From: Podarcis tiliguerta
Taxonomy: Eukaryota
Assembly: GCA_965153285.1 (NCBI GenBank)
Contig: OZ229119.1
DNA length: 64,000 bases
Strand: one strand, 5' to 3'
The notes under the pieces are model-generated. The model saw only the letters and a list, made by a program, of their open reading frames with translations, did no database searches and was not told the DNA's origin. A program made the position numbers and the translations under genes. This document shows, piece by piece, positions 25,795 through 38,228 of this stretch (the first letter of the stretch is position 1; each line of letters starts with the position of its first letter).

Positions 25795-26530
25795 TGTGGC
25801 CAAGAGATGCAGAGGAATGGTGGGAGGCACCAGCTGGGGAACCCCCAAGGGAAGAAGGATCAGAGCCAGGTGATTGGTGATGGAACCATGATGAGTGGTC
25901 AGAGGGAGAAGAGGGAACCGATTGGGAGGAGGTGTTGGAAGCTGAAGAAGAAGCAGGATTTAGTGAGCAGGAAGAATCTGTGTCAGAGAGCAGTCCAGAA
26001 TCAGAGCTAGAAGAGGAGGCAGAAGAGGAGGCAGTGGCGTAGCGTGGGTTGTCAGCACCCGGGACAAGGCAAGTAATTTGCGCCCCCTAACCCGTGGATT
26101 TGTGCCCCCTAACCCGTGGATTTGCACCCCCTAACCCTAACCCCCAGATGTTGCGCCCGGTGCAGCCGGCACCCCCTGCACCCCCCACGCTACGCCACTG
26201 AGAGGAGGTGGCAAGATGCAGTGCTGAGTCAGGCTGGTGAGGAAGCCAGTCTGTCTTCCACTCCTGATGCAGCCAGCTCCCCAACCCCCTGGTCTCCCAG
26301 AAACTGAAGAGGTATGAAGAAGGTGGAGCAAAGACAGACAAGATGATGGAAACTCAGATTGCTTGGAAAGGAACTTGTGGTAGAGGCGACTTAGGGAGTT
26401 GTGAGAAGGTGGGGACCTTCAGTCCCCACAACTGCCTCTTAGGGACAAGTTCTACTGGGAAGAGGAGCTGTGCTGTCTAGGCCTGGCCTCCTGAGCTGTC
26501 CTTTGAATAAAGCCATGCCTGCATTCATAT
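25795..26530 (+). mobile_element. LTR-like element (probable solo LTR) interrupted by a hAT MITE
   Basis: Starts TGT; purine-rich body with gggaggcaccagctggggaacccccaaggg; AATAAA near 26506. Right boundary uncertain. Confidence 0.5.
26032..26200. mobile_element. hAT-type MITE, 169 bp
   Basis: 17-bp TIRs CAGTGGCGTAGCGTGGG / CCCACGCTACGCCACTG; perfect 8-bp TSD agaggagg at 26024-26031 and 26201-26208. Confidence 0.92.
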
Positions 26531-27021
26531 TTACTTCAGATATTGCCTTCCAAGTTTTGAGTTAGTCTGCCCCCCCGCCACCTTATCATGCAGTCAATTT
26601 TCTATGTGCAAAAGCATACTAGATATCTGATCAGCTGGAAAGCTGGATTAATGAGCTGTGTTAGGCATAGTAGTACAGTGTCCACCATAGTCTGTTCACA
26701 TTAGAAATGGCATCAATAGATTATAAACCAATAGATTTGATATTGCAGTGGCAGTATGAGGAACCACGAATGAAACAGTATGGAATTAGTTTGTTTCTCT
26801 ACAGATGTCTTTAAGATTAAACAGAAAATACATTTTTTTTATTTACCTCCCTCAACTTACAAATGGATTTCTGAATGAACATATGCAAAACTAATGGGAA
26901 CAAGAAAGAGATAGTTTTGTCCAACCCTGCTTCAAAGATCATCCCATACTTAGGGTCTGAGAACCCATGTGCTCAATTCACGGCAAGATGAACATCAGGA
27001 GAACACTTGGGTCATCAAGAG

Positions 27022-27264
27022 TTTGGATTTGGATTTGATATCCCACTTTATCACTACCCTTGGGAGTCTCAAAGCGGCTAACATTCTCCTTTCCCTTCCT
27101 CCCCCACAACAAACACTATGTGAGGTGAGTGGGGCTGAGAGACTTCAGAGAAGTGTGACTGACCCAAGTTCACCCAGCAGCTGCAAGTGGAGGAGCGGGG
27201 AATCGACCCCTGTTCATCAGATTACGAGTCCACCGTTCTTAACCACTATACCACACTGGCTCTC
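27022..27264 (-). mobile_element. tRNA-derived CORE/MIR-like squamate SINE
   Basis: Minus strand starts gagagccagtgtggtatagtggttaag (A-box), has a B-box-like gtcgattcccc, and ends in a (tccaaa)n tail. Confidence 0.85.
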
Positions 27265-28191
27265 AACAGCAAGGAGTGTCTGGAAACACATCAGTGGGCT
27301 ATAATGAACATTGTACTGTATATCATTTCACGCACTTGTTGAGAACAGTCACCTTTTCCCTTCTCTTTCTCCACAAAATGTTCTGAAAGTAGGCTAGACA
27401 CTTCTGCCAAGTGTACAAAGCTTTAATCAGAGCAACAGACTTTTATGGAAAGGCTTGAAGGCACTCATTCAAATGTCATGGAATTATTGTTAGAACAAAG
27501 TGACGCTCCTTTCCCCCCATTAAGCATAACTACAAGGGGAGGTGACCGGTTCTATCTCTTTCTTTTTGACTTGGAAATCTTGAATAGCACTCAAGCACAC
27601 AGTCACTTTTTAAATAGCGCACTAAAAAACCATATTCTTTTGCACCATGCTCTTCAAAAATCAGTTGCATTTCCCACTTAGCATCATGTCTTTGTGCACA
27701 GTGCTTGAAGAAAATTGGATTATTAACTATGGTAATCCAAAAGATTTTATTATTCCATTTTCCTCTGAAGAGCTCTTCTTTAAGGGACTCTAATTCCATC
27801 CTCCCACTAATTTCCTATTGTAATCAGTGATTTGTTGTGTCTCTACCACAACAGAAACAGACTGTGGGGATGTTTTTGACAGCCTCCCTCCTCCCCTTTT
27901 TCACAGTTACATTCTTTACACAGTTTTTATTTAAGGGTGATTAATGGTGCAACCTACAAAAGTAAGCCCTACTAACCTCAAGGGGGTTTCCCTCCTGGAA
28001 AGTGAGAGTAAGCAGGAACACGGTAGAGATGTATAGGACTATATTTAGTGTGCAGAAAGTGGACAGAGAGGTGTTTTTCTTCTCTGATACTAGAACTTGT
28101 GGCCGTCCAATGAAGCTGAATGTTGGAAGATTCCAGATGGACAAACGAAACATAACATTGCATTGTTAAATTATGGGATTTGTTCCCACAA

Positions 28192-28369
28192 GGGAGCCTG
28201 TGGCACAAGGGGTCAGTGTGTCTGGCTCGAAACCAGAAGGTTGGTGATTCGAGCCCACACAGGGATGGCTGTGGGTAGGATTTCTACAATATGGGGGTAG
28301 GGCTAGATGATCATCGGGGTCCCTTCCAACTCTACAATTTTATGATACAGTTATTCTATGATTCTATGA
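28192..28369 (+). mobile_element. tRNA-derived SINE with CR1-type 3' tail
   Basis: B-box-like gattcgagccc; 3' ggtcccttccaactcta followed by (attctatg)n. Confidence 0.75.
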
Positions 28370-28552
28370 GCAATGACAAACCTAGACAGCATCTTAAAAA
28401 GCAGAGACATCACCTTGCCAACATAGGTAGTTAAAACTATGGTTTTCCCAGTAGTGATGTATGGAAGTGAGAGCTGGACCATAAAGAAGTCTGATCATTG
28501 AGGAATTGATGCTTTTGAATTATGGCGCTGGAGGAGACTCTTGAGAGTCCCC
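28370..28552 (+). mobile_element. BovB (RTE) ORF fragment
   Basis: Encodes AMTNLDSILKSRDITLPT...MYGSESWTIKK...FELWRWRRLLRVP with disruptions. Confidence 0.9.
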
Positions 28553-28698
28553 CGCAAGAGAAGGGAGCTGGTCCCTCATCCCCATGCCATCCCGACCCAG
28601 CCATAGGACCTCTTTCTTCGAAGGATTTAGTTTCAATCGGCTCCCACGAAACCATCCAGCCACAGCTTCCAAGCATCTGGTCAGTGTGTTTGGGGCTG
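28553..28698 (-). mobile_element. Internal L2 ORF2 fragment (post-RT region)
   Basis: Minus strand encodes CLEAVAGWFRGSRLKLNPSKKEVLWLGRDGMGMRDQLPSLAG, matching the L2 motif W...RLKLNP.KTE.L. Confidence 0.8.
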
Positions 28699-29495
28699 AG
28701 TCTTAAGAGTCTCCTCCAGCACCATAATCCAAAAGCATCAGTCCTTCGGCGATCAGCCTTCTTTATGGTCCAGCTCTCACTTCCATATATCATTACTGGG
28801 AAAATCATAGCTTTAACTATACAGACCTTTGTTGGCAAGGAAATGTCTCTGCTTTTTAAGATGCTGTCTAGGTTTGTCATTGCTTTTCTCCCAAGAAGCA
28901 GGCGTCTTTTAATTTCATGGCTGCTGTCACCATCTGCAGTGATCATGGAGCCCAAGAAAGTAAAATCTCTCACTGCCTCGATTTCTTCCCCTTCTATTTG
29001 CCAGGAGGTGATTGGACCAGTGGCCATCATCTTTGTTTTTTTGTTGCTGAGCTTCAAACCATATTTTGCGCTCTCCTCTTTCACCCTCATTAAAAGGTTC
29101 TTTAATTCCTCCTCACTTTCTGCCATCAAGGTTGTGTCATCTGCATAACTGAGGTTGTTGATATTTCTTCCAGCAATCTTAATTCTGGCTAGGGATTCAT
29201 CCAGTGCAGCCTTTCGCATGATGAATTTTGCATATAAGTTAAATAAGCAGGGAGACAATATACAGCCTTGCCGTACTCCTTTCCCAATTTTGAACCAGTC
29301 AGTTGTTCCATATCCAGTTCTAACTGTAGCTTCTTGTCCCACATAGAGATTTCTCAGGAGACAGATGAGGTGATCAGGCACTCCCATTTCTTTAAGAACT
29401 TGCCATAGTTTGCTGTGGTCGACATAGTCAAAGGCTTTTGCATAGTCAATGAAGCAGAAGTAGATGTCTTTCTGGAACTCTCTAGCTTTCTCCAT
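28699..29495 (-). mobile_element. BovB (RTE-clade LINE) reverse transcriptase fragment
   Basis: Open frame with FIDYAKAFD, GVRQGCILSP, YADD and DFTFLGS; truncated at both ends. Confidence 0.95.
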
Positions 29496-30031
29496 AGGTG
29501 CAAAGATAAGACAGTGAAGTCATGGACATGCACAGTGTGTTATGTGTGTGTGACTAAGAGAAAGTTTTGGTTTTGATCTGCTGAGAGGATGCAAGCAGAT
29601 CTGCTGCTGTGGGGATCCACAGCAGTCTGTAAATAGCAACCGTTAAGCTTAATGACAGGCAATAAAGTAATCTGCCTAGAACAATCGTGTGTTGCTCATC
29701 AATCAAGACTCAGGGCTGATTTTCTTACGCTTCGCTGCGGACTGTATTTCAACTCTGCTAAAAGCCTGGTCGGAAGTGTGCCGGGCGAATCTATTTATAG
29801 CAGCTTTCACGCCATAAAAAGCAACGCATATACCATGCCCACTGAGATACCCAGTCTTCACTCGTCTCTTTTTGTGGTTTCCTGTGCACAGCGTTTTCCT
29901 TTAAAGATTCCTTTTATATTTCTGGAAAAGTTGTGGGTTCCCCAAGCCAGCTGATTTTCTCACTCTTGCCAGTGTGGTCCCATTTTGGCTAACACTGAGG
30001 ATCCATACTTGGAGAATGTGTTTAGTATAAA

Positions 30032-30336
30032 CGTAAGGGACCCCTGACCGTTAAGTCCAATCGTGGATGATTCTGGGGTTGCGGCACTCATCTCGCTTTA
30101 CTGGCCGAGGGAGCCAGCATACAGCTTCCGGGTCATGTGGCCAGCATGACTAAGCCGCTTCTGGTGAACCAGAGCAGTGCACAGAAATGCCATTTACCTT
30201 CCCGTTGGAGTGGTACCTATTTATCTACTTGCACTTTGACGTGCTTTCGAACTGCTAGGTTGGCAGGAGCAGGGGCCGACCTTCTGATCGGCAAGCCCTA
30301 GGCTCTGTGGTTTAGACCACAGCGTCACCCGTGTCC
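30032..30336 (-). mobile_element. Sauria SINE with an internal deletion removing the B-box
   Basis: Matches 9058-9408 except for about 40 bp missing near 30278; TSD gtgtt(t/a)agtataaa at 30018-30031 and 30337-30350. Confidence 0.93.
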
Positions 30337-33198
30337 GTGTTAAGTATAAAGGATGATAAATGTGGTATTTCCATCTCACTCACATCACAGCAGTCATGTT
30401 AAAGAAGTACCACTCAGCATTCAGTGCAATCCCCCCCCCCCCCCCGGAACACCTCACAGATGGTATTCAGCCCACCTGGGCTTTGGCATGATCGCTGCTG
30501 AAGTGACCATTTAGAGCTGGATTATAGTTTTACATTTTCAGCTTTCCATTTTAAAGGCTATTTAGAGTGTTACATGTTAGGCTATAAAAACCTAACCTGA
30601 AAGGCAATGTTGCCTGCAATCATCTAACCTGGCAAAATAACAGGTTTTTCCTGTTCCCTAATAGGTAAAGCTACTTCTCCTGAATGATGAAAATGGTGAT
30701 TGAAGACTTCTTGGTGCTCTTAGAACTCTGAGCTTTTGCTACCAGCTGGAGATTTGACGTTGGCTTCCATCATTTTCTCCTGATAACATTACAGTAGTAG
30801 CCTAGTGGGGGCTGTGTGAATATCAGAACACTCATCTTTTAAAACTTCTGTATAATGCAAGATATTGAAATTAAGCCTGATGTTTACTGTTCAGTTCTTA
30901 TACACATATTCACACTCTCACCCACAGCTAGATATTATTTCCCTTGGAAATGCTGGCTGTCTATCGCTAGTTACCAAATGCAATCAGATAGCTCTGCGTG
31001 GGCTGGCATACCAATTAAGGGCTATGTCTGGGTTCTCTGCTATTTCTTCCCTCAGAAACTCAATAGTTTATCTTCAGATAAACAGAATCTAATGATAAGA
31101 AGAAGAAAACCCTTCTCACACAGTAGAAGAAGAATATCTTTCTTTCTTTAAAAATGTTTTTTATGGGATGTGCTGAAGGAGCAAAGAGTGAAATGGTCAA
31201 AAGAGCTAGGCAGAATGAAAAGAAGATTAATGGCAAGAAGGATCAAGGGGGGGAGATATTCAATTAGGATTTTGCTGCTGTGCTGTAGATTACTCAGTAT
31301 TACTGTGTCTCTTACCATTCCCTAAATCTGTTAAGACTGTTGGCGTTTGTCTTTGTTATACATTAAAAGAGAATAATCAAGAGGTAACTCAAATAATGGT
31401 ATAAATGTCCTGACGCTATCAGTATGAAGGAGAGTTGGCGGAGGAGAGAAAAACACCTTAATTTAAATGACTGGTCTGTGGAATCTGTTACAAGCATTAG
31501 TTTCCCAATAGAAGACCTTGCTTCATTTTTCCAAGTTTGTGCTTTCCTTTCAAAAAGACTACTTTGCAGAAATGTGCACATTAGCCAAACTTGCACACAA
31601 AACACTTGTATGTATTAGAAGAAAGTCACACTAAAATACTGATGAGACCTTTTCTATATAAAAAAATCACAAACTGATGTGATAATCTGAAAACCAAACA
31701 TAAGTTTGGAAAAATGAGAATCCAGAACTGACAGATTCATCCATGGGTCAAGGAGGGCGTGTTGGTAATCTCTGAAGCTGACTGTCTTCTGTTACCCTCA
31801 TAGGCCCAAACTGAAAGGTGAAAATGATGGTGAGTGAATCTTGATAAAAGACAATGTTTAAAACTTTCACACTGTGAGGAGAATGCTACTCTGAGACCAA
31901 CCTTTGCAACCTGGGGTCCTCTAGATGTTTTGGTCAACAACTCCCATCAGGAGGAAGGCACCAGGCTGGCAAAGGCTGTCTTAAACACACCACAAAAAAG
32001 ATCTCAGTCTTGAATCAAAGCTGGTACATCAAAGCACCTGTACAATGATAAACCAAATCGTCTTTAGAAATTGACATCTAGTGGTTTACCTGTCTTTTCA
32101 GTCACACCAGAGACCCCTGCTCCCCAGCTTACACTTATAGATATTTTAATTAAAATATTATTTGAGACATAGTGCTGTTCAAGAAGCCTATTAACAGTAA
32201 TCTATGTTAGCCACTTCTCAGTGAGCCTGGTTAACAGCTTGATATTGAACAGCTATGTGGACTTTCAGATTTCTTTGATTAGAGGTTGGAGACTTGGTCT
32301 GAATGCTCCAGGATGCTGTCTTCATCTTTCTTACTCATAGTACCTTTGGGTCTCTTCAAAGTGTAATCAGTGTTCATTCACTGAATTAAAAAAAAAGGCT
32401 CTCTTAGCAGAATAAACTTAAGCACTTGTCCTTTTTGTGTCTTCCATTGTCGGTGCTTTTAATGAAAATTGTGTTGAAAAAAGCATTCCCCCCCATGTAT
32501 ACTTAGTCTTTTCTTACACAAACTTGTTTCCTATAAATTCTACCTAGCATGCGTTTGTTCCTCTGAAAACTAACATAATGCAAAATGTACTGTGACCTTT
32601 TCATTTATATAATAGGTATTCAAAAACTAAAAATATAATGGCATTGAATGCAGAGAGGTGACCACTATCATAATCCCACTCCCACACTGAGCAGCTGTGG
32701 AGGAAGAAGAAACCTGAGGTAATTCCTCCAAGAGTCTTACATTTTGCAGAGCCTTGGAAAATTCAGCAAAATTACAGCTCTGATTTCAAAACATTTCTCA
32801 TGATACCAATATTCTATAGCTCTGTCCACATACACTGGTTAGTAAGACTGGAAATGAGGAAGAAATTGGACAGAACTGGAATATAAAGCAGGAATTTGTG
32901 GGTGTGAGTGACTTTAAGAACAGTTCCTCCTATGTAGCTACATTTTCTTCAAATTTGGACACTCATTTCAGAAAGGAAGTTATCTGTCTGGTAAATATGG
33001 AGGCTTTGCACTGTTTTTCCATCATCTACTGCAGTGTTGCCCCAGCCAAAAGCATGAAGTAAGATAATGCTGTGCAACAGAATGGAGTTGGTTCACACAT
33101 TTGGTGACCTCTTGTTAAGCATGCAATAATCAAGAATGAAGAAATCAAGTGATTAAAATGTAGCTGAGAATTAGACATGTATTAATTGCGCACATCTA

Positions 33199-33546
33199 GG
33201 GTGGCGCTGTGGGTTAAACCACAGAGCCTAGGACCTGCTGATCAGAAGGTTGGTGGTTCGAATCCCCATGACGGGATGAGCTCCCGTTGCTCGGTCCCTG
33301 CTTCTGCCAACCTAGCAGTTCGAAAACACGTCAAAGTGCAAGTAGATAAATAGGTACTGCTCCAGCGGGAAGGTAAACGGCATTTCTGTGTGCTGCTCTG
33401 ATTCGCCAGAAGCAGCTTAGTCATGCTGGCCATGTGACCTGGAAGCTGTACGCCGGCTCCCTCGGCCAATAAAGCGAGATGAGCACCGCAACCCCAGAGT
33501 CGATCACGACTGGACCTAATGGTCAGGGGTCCCTTTACCTTTACCT
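33199..33546 (+). mobile_element. Sauria SINE
   Basis: gggtggcgctgtgggttaaacc head, B-box ggttcgaatcc, (accttt)n tail. Confidence 0.95.
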
Positions 33547-33575
33547 AGGGAAGAATACCTTTTATATAGGTATGT

Positions 33576-33742
33576 AAATAAAAGCTACAAACATGAATCT
33601 GACCAAACTGCGGGTGGCAGAAATAAAAGCTACAGACATGAATCTGACCAAACTGCGGGTGGCAGTGGAAGACAGAAGTGCCTGGCGTGCTCTGGTCCAT
33701 GGGGTCACGAAGAGTCGGACACGACTGAACGACTAAACAACA
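33576..33742 (+). mobile_element. 5'-truncated BovB 3' end with a 45-bp tandem duplication at its 5' junction
   Basis: BovB terminus ggtccatggggtcacgaagagtcggacacgactgaacgactaaacaac; units 33576-33620 and 33621-33665 differ by one base. Confidence 0.9.
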
Positions 33743-33784
33743 TTAGAAATAAAGTTATGTTCCTTTCCTATTTCATGGTTTCAG

Positions 33785-34550
33785 TTGTCTCTATACTAAT
33801 GCCCATAGCATGCAAAACAAGCAAGAGAAGTTTAAGCTCTTAATACAGGATGACAAATATTACCCAGCGGCTATTACTGAAACCTGGGCACTCATGGCTG
33901 GAATGTAGAAATTGGGGGGTATAACACATTAAAAAGGAATAGACAAAACAGGAAAAGAGGAGGAGTAGCATTATATGAAAAGGATGTGTACTGTCAGGCA
34001 TCAGGGAATCTGACCCCCCCCCCCCACGGTAGGCTGCCAGTGTCTCTTACCAATGTCTTTTACCATTGTCTTTTATTCAGTATTCACAGAGAGAGGCTTA
34101 GAAATGAAGCCTCTTAGAGTAATGGTGTTGCTCCAAGTAATCTCCACCCCCTTTCTCTCCTCAATTGCCAACCGCACCACCCACCTTATGGTGGCGCTTA
34201 GGGCCATTTGTCTCTGAGCCCTTTGCTCGCCTACTTTCAATGCTTGGGAGAAGGGGGCCCTGGAATGCTTTCTAGTGGTAACATGTCAGCCAGCTGCTCC
34301 GGTTCTGCCTCCCACCCCTCCTCTCCGATAATTTCCCAACTTTGCCCCTCATCTACCTCTGAGCTGTGACTTCCCACAAACCACTGTTGAACATCTATAC
34401 TGTCTTCCTCTTCTCCGGAAGGTTCAGGCTGGGGAGGCGGCCTCCATCATTCCTCCTCTGTCCAGTGCCTGACATGTACGCTTGTGAACCCTGATCTGGA
34501 GCATGGAAGGAAGACTGAGAGCACATGGGTGAAAAATGTAGGAGAGGGAA
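33785..34550 (+). mobile_element. Degraded CR1 endonuclease region split by a solo LTR
   Basis: Translates roughly to LYTNA.S..NKQE...ITETW...RKRGGVALY.KDVY, then resumes after the LTR as ...TESTWVK. Confidence 0.7.
33992..34474 (-). mobile_element. Solo LTR (483 bp)
   Basis: TGTCAGGCA...TGCCTGACA termini; perfect 5-bp TSD tgtac at 33987-33991 and 34475-34479; AATAAA on the minus strand near 34072. Confidence 0.88.
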
Positions 34551-36773
34551 CATTTGAGTACCATGAAATTATAAGGTTTGATTGAACCTCAAACTTTTTG
34601 AACTTTTGGAATGTCCTTAGTTTTGAGAGAATGGCCATTTTGTGAGAATTCTAGCAGCCTGCTTAGATACAAAGAGGGCTCATATGCTCAAAGAAAAAAG
34701 GACTTAAGTAAAATGTTACGGATTGAAACTTCTATAGCCACCCACTCACTTACAGGGCCACAATCAGTTTCAGTCAAAAGATATCCCATTCCAAAAGCAT
34801 GTACTGCAAAAGGTTATAATGATGAATAATACACAAAAGATAAAACCCAAAAGATCAAGGAAGAGTTGAGTGTAAGAAAACTGTGGGTCAAAGAAAGTTT
34901 AATATAGATTTCTCAGTAGAAGGAGTTGGGTGACTCACCAGAATGGCAAAGTCTGGCTTTCTTACATTCATGTTTCGTGCTAACTTACGAAAGATGACTT
35001 TTACAAATTGGATATAAACCATTTATTCTACTTCTATATATCTCCATTTCTAACATACATTTTCCAACGTGAAGCTGTGAAGCATGTTTGCATAAGTCTG
35101 CAAAATGAATCAAGTATGAAAAGAAATGTTTTGCTTTAAATGAATTACTTTGTGCTTCACCAAACCTCTGTCCTGGCCCATTTGTTACCCTATTTTTATT
35201 GAGATTTACCTTTAAGCGTTTTTAGCTGTACATTCTGCATATGAACTGTGTGAACCTGGTATATCACTAGAACTAAAATCAGGCAAAAGTTGTTTATGTT
35301 TCCAGAATGCTGACAACAGTATGGAACTGACATGATTGCCTGTGGTGTTAACTCTCTGGTTAGCAGGATTTGTAGTCTTTCAAACAACAGGGATTGTATG
35401 GTTCAAAAGAAATGTATGTACAGCATGGAAACCAAGTCTTTGTTATACCACCGCTGAGATTCCTGTAACCACTTTTTCATCTAGACATGTCATTGACTAC
35501 CCTACTTTATGCATTTTGCACATAACTTGACTGGAGAACTGCATTGCAGAATTCAGAGAATTGAGAATTTAAAATAATGGCTGGGTTTTGGGTTGCATAT
35601 TGTTTTGAAAGGTATGTCTTTTGTGAGATTATCTTTAAATGTGAACTGAAATAATTCCCCCCCTAATCCCTGGCCACTGGTGCCAATATCTCTCACATGG
35701 CCCACCTCTGCCCCTATATGTCATGTCTATAATTCATTCTAAAAGTATATTTTAGTTCCTGATGTCACTCATTGCTTGTGTGTATGTTTCAAGCCATGAG
35801 TTTATGTTTGGCGTGATCAAGAAGGACAATTTACACATAAACAACTGTTCTGCAGCTTCTACTAACCCTCCAACATAGTTACTTTTACACTTTACTGAGT
35901 TTGTCCTTTTCCCACTGATCCAAAAAGGAACTGGCAGAGAAAAGTTGGGATATAAATTTGAGGTTTAGTGAAAATCGTAGTAAAAGCTAAGTATCCATTC
36001 AATCTCTCTAGGGTCAGAAGAGACAAATCAATGGGAAAATATGACACTAAACCCTCATAGAAATGAGGTGAAGAGGGCAACAGTGAAACCAATTTCAAAA
36101 TCGAATTGCTGCGGCACCAAGACACACAGATAACCTGTTAATATTTCAGTAAGAGAAAAGCAGGCAGGCAGGGCCACCTTTAGTCCATGGATTTATTTAT
36201 GTCACCTTGTAAACAAAGAAATGTATATCAGTAGCTGGGCAATATTTCTTTATTTGACTGAACATATTAAATACTAAAAAGACACTCAGTCGAGAGGCAA
36301 TGACAAAAAGGGGGTTGCAAATGCGGCAATGATAAAGGACCAGGAAAGATGAGATATTAGCCGGGCGGTGGTGGTTGTGCAAATGGTGGTTTTAAAAGTC
36401 CTCCCAGCTGGTATTTCTAAGTTTAGAAATTCCATTGATCAGTCAGTGTTAATATCAGTCAGTGTTATTGTATAATGACACCCTGTGAGTGTGAGATCTA
36501 TTTAGAAAGCATGCGTTTCTGACAACAGATCTAAAAAGCGTACTGGATGTTGTTCTTTTAAATACTGCAGCCCATTATTGCTTCCAGCTTCCATGTAAAA
36601 GGCAAGGATGCACGGGGACTTACCTGCATGTGTACCTCAGCCACAGTTCTTAATTTTTTATGAGACTGCCGTCCATCCTCATAGTGCTCAGACCCACTTA
36701 AACATTATGTTTCCTGCCTTTCATTTCCCCCAAACAATGGCCAATTTGTTTTATGGTCTTGGCTTCTTTCTGG

Positions 36774-36802
36774 AGAGAGAGAAAGAAAGAAAGAAAAAGA
36801 AA

Positions 36803-36843
<41 letters not shown>
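36774..36843. repeat. (GA)n/(GAAA)n microsatellite
   Basis: Direct inspection. Confidence 0.95.
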
Positions 36844-36847
<4 letters not shown>

Positions 36848-38064
36848 ACTAGAGACTTTGAATGCCTTTCTGTAATAATTCCTAATCTGAACAGGAAATC
36901 ACATAGAGGGAATGTACGAGCTCAGGGTTGTTCAAATAGTTTGAATTCTGTGTTGATACATTTCTCTTTTGGGAGATTCTGGTGAAAATGTGGGAAAGGG
37001 ATTGTCCAGACTCTCTACTTGTGAGAGCAACTTCTCCTGTATGGTTCGATGCTGCTCTCTGCATACTGTTGCTAATGAAGAACTCAACCCTTCTGGTTGC
37101 TAATTTGTAAACCCTTGTTCCTTTCTCTTGCCTCTCTGAGAATCACATGGGCAGCTGTCTGAATGTTTCCCCAAGATTCCCAAAGGTGGGGTTTGAAAGG
37201 TGCAACCTGGAGCAGATGTTCTGCTGGGGAAGAGAGCAAGGAAGAGGGAGTGGGGAACTTAACTCTTCCCTTGTATGACATATTTTGTTACTGAAATCCT
37301 TTACCCAATCCTCACTGCTTTTTTGGCCCTGGGTCAAAATACAAAAGTCTTTATTGTACTCTGGTGTAGTAAACACATTAACACATTGTGGAGTTTCGAG
37401 GGAATATTTAAGACCTTTTGCAGAGGCCACAGGAGGCACCAGAGGGCACTATGTGGGCAACCCCCGTCTTACTGGCATTGTCAGCCATGGAAAGGACCAT
37501 TTCCTCAATTCCCTCATTTCCTCACATTGTCCCTGCATGCAGGTCAAATTGTATCTCTTCCCTTCTATTGTGTAGCGCAAAGAAGCATTTTCTTCATCAA
37601 CTGGTTTCATTCTCTTTTCTCATCTGTTACTTAGCTTCTGTTTCTTTGCACCTCATCACCTGAAACACTGTTGCTCACAAAGAACAGCTCATCCATTTTT
37701 CATGGCTTCCAACGCTAATATAATTTTATTGAACAAAAATGCACAGTTGTCTGTCTTACCTCACAACCTCACTGTTCCTTTCAAGTTTTCATTTCTGGCC
37801 TATGAAGGCTGCCTTATCTTAAAGTGGCAGGCACACTTCATATAGTACACTAAACCCTGTCTGACTTGTAGCGCGCACACACACACGGTTCTGGGGTTTT
37901 TTGTGCTAATATGTTATGCGAAATGCAATCTTAGTTGTAGGAAACAAAAAGATGTTCCACATCCTTTTCTCTCATCTTTCCAGGAACATTTTAAGTGTGT
38001 AGTACATCCGCTACAGACCCTGGTCAGTCTATGAACTATTTTTAACAAATATGCAGCAATAACT

Positions 38065-38228
38065 TCCTTACACCAAGTCAGAACATTGGTCCATTGTCTT
38101 CACTGTCTGCCACTGGCTCTCCAGGGTTCCAGACAGAAGGCTCTCCCATTCCTACCTAGAGATGTAGGAACGGAACCTGGAACCTTTTGCATGCAGTGCA
38201 AGTGTTCAACCACTTTGCTATGGCCCTT
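38065..38228 (-). mobile_element. Old tRNA-derived SINE
   Basis: Minus strand agggccatagcaaagtggttgaacac...ccaggttcc tRNA-like head; related to 59265-59460 and 44843-44945. Confidence 0.65.

Noticed and set aside
28522-29148. 208-aa plus-strand ORF
   Set aside because: Antisense shadow of the BovB RT frame.
32068-32090. CTCF-like motifs (also near 45785 and 54785)
   Set aside because: Only partial matches; cannot be supported without ChIP or conservation data.
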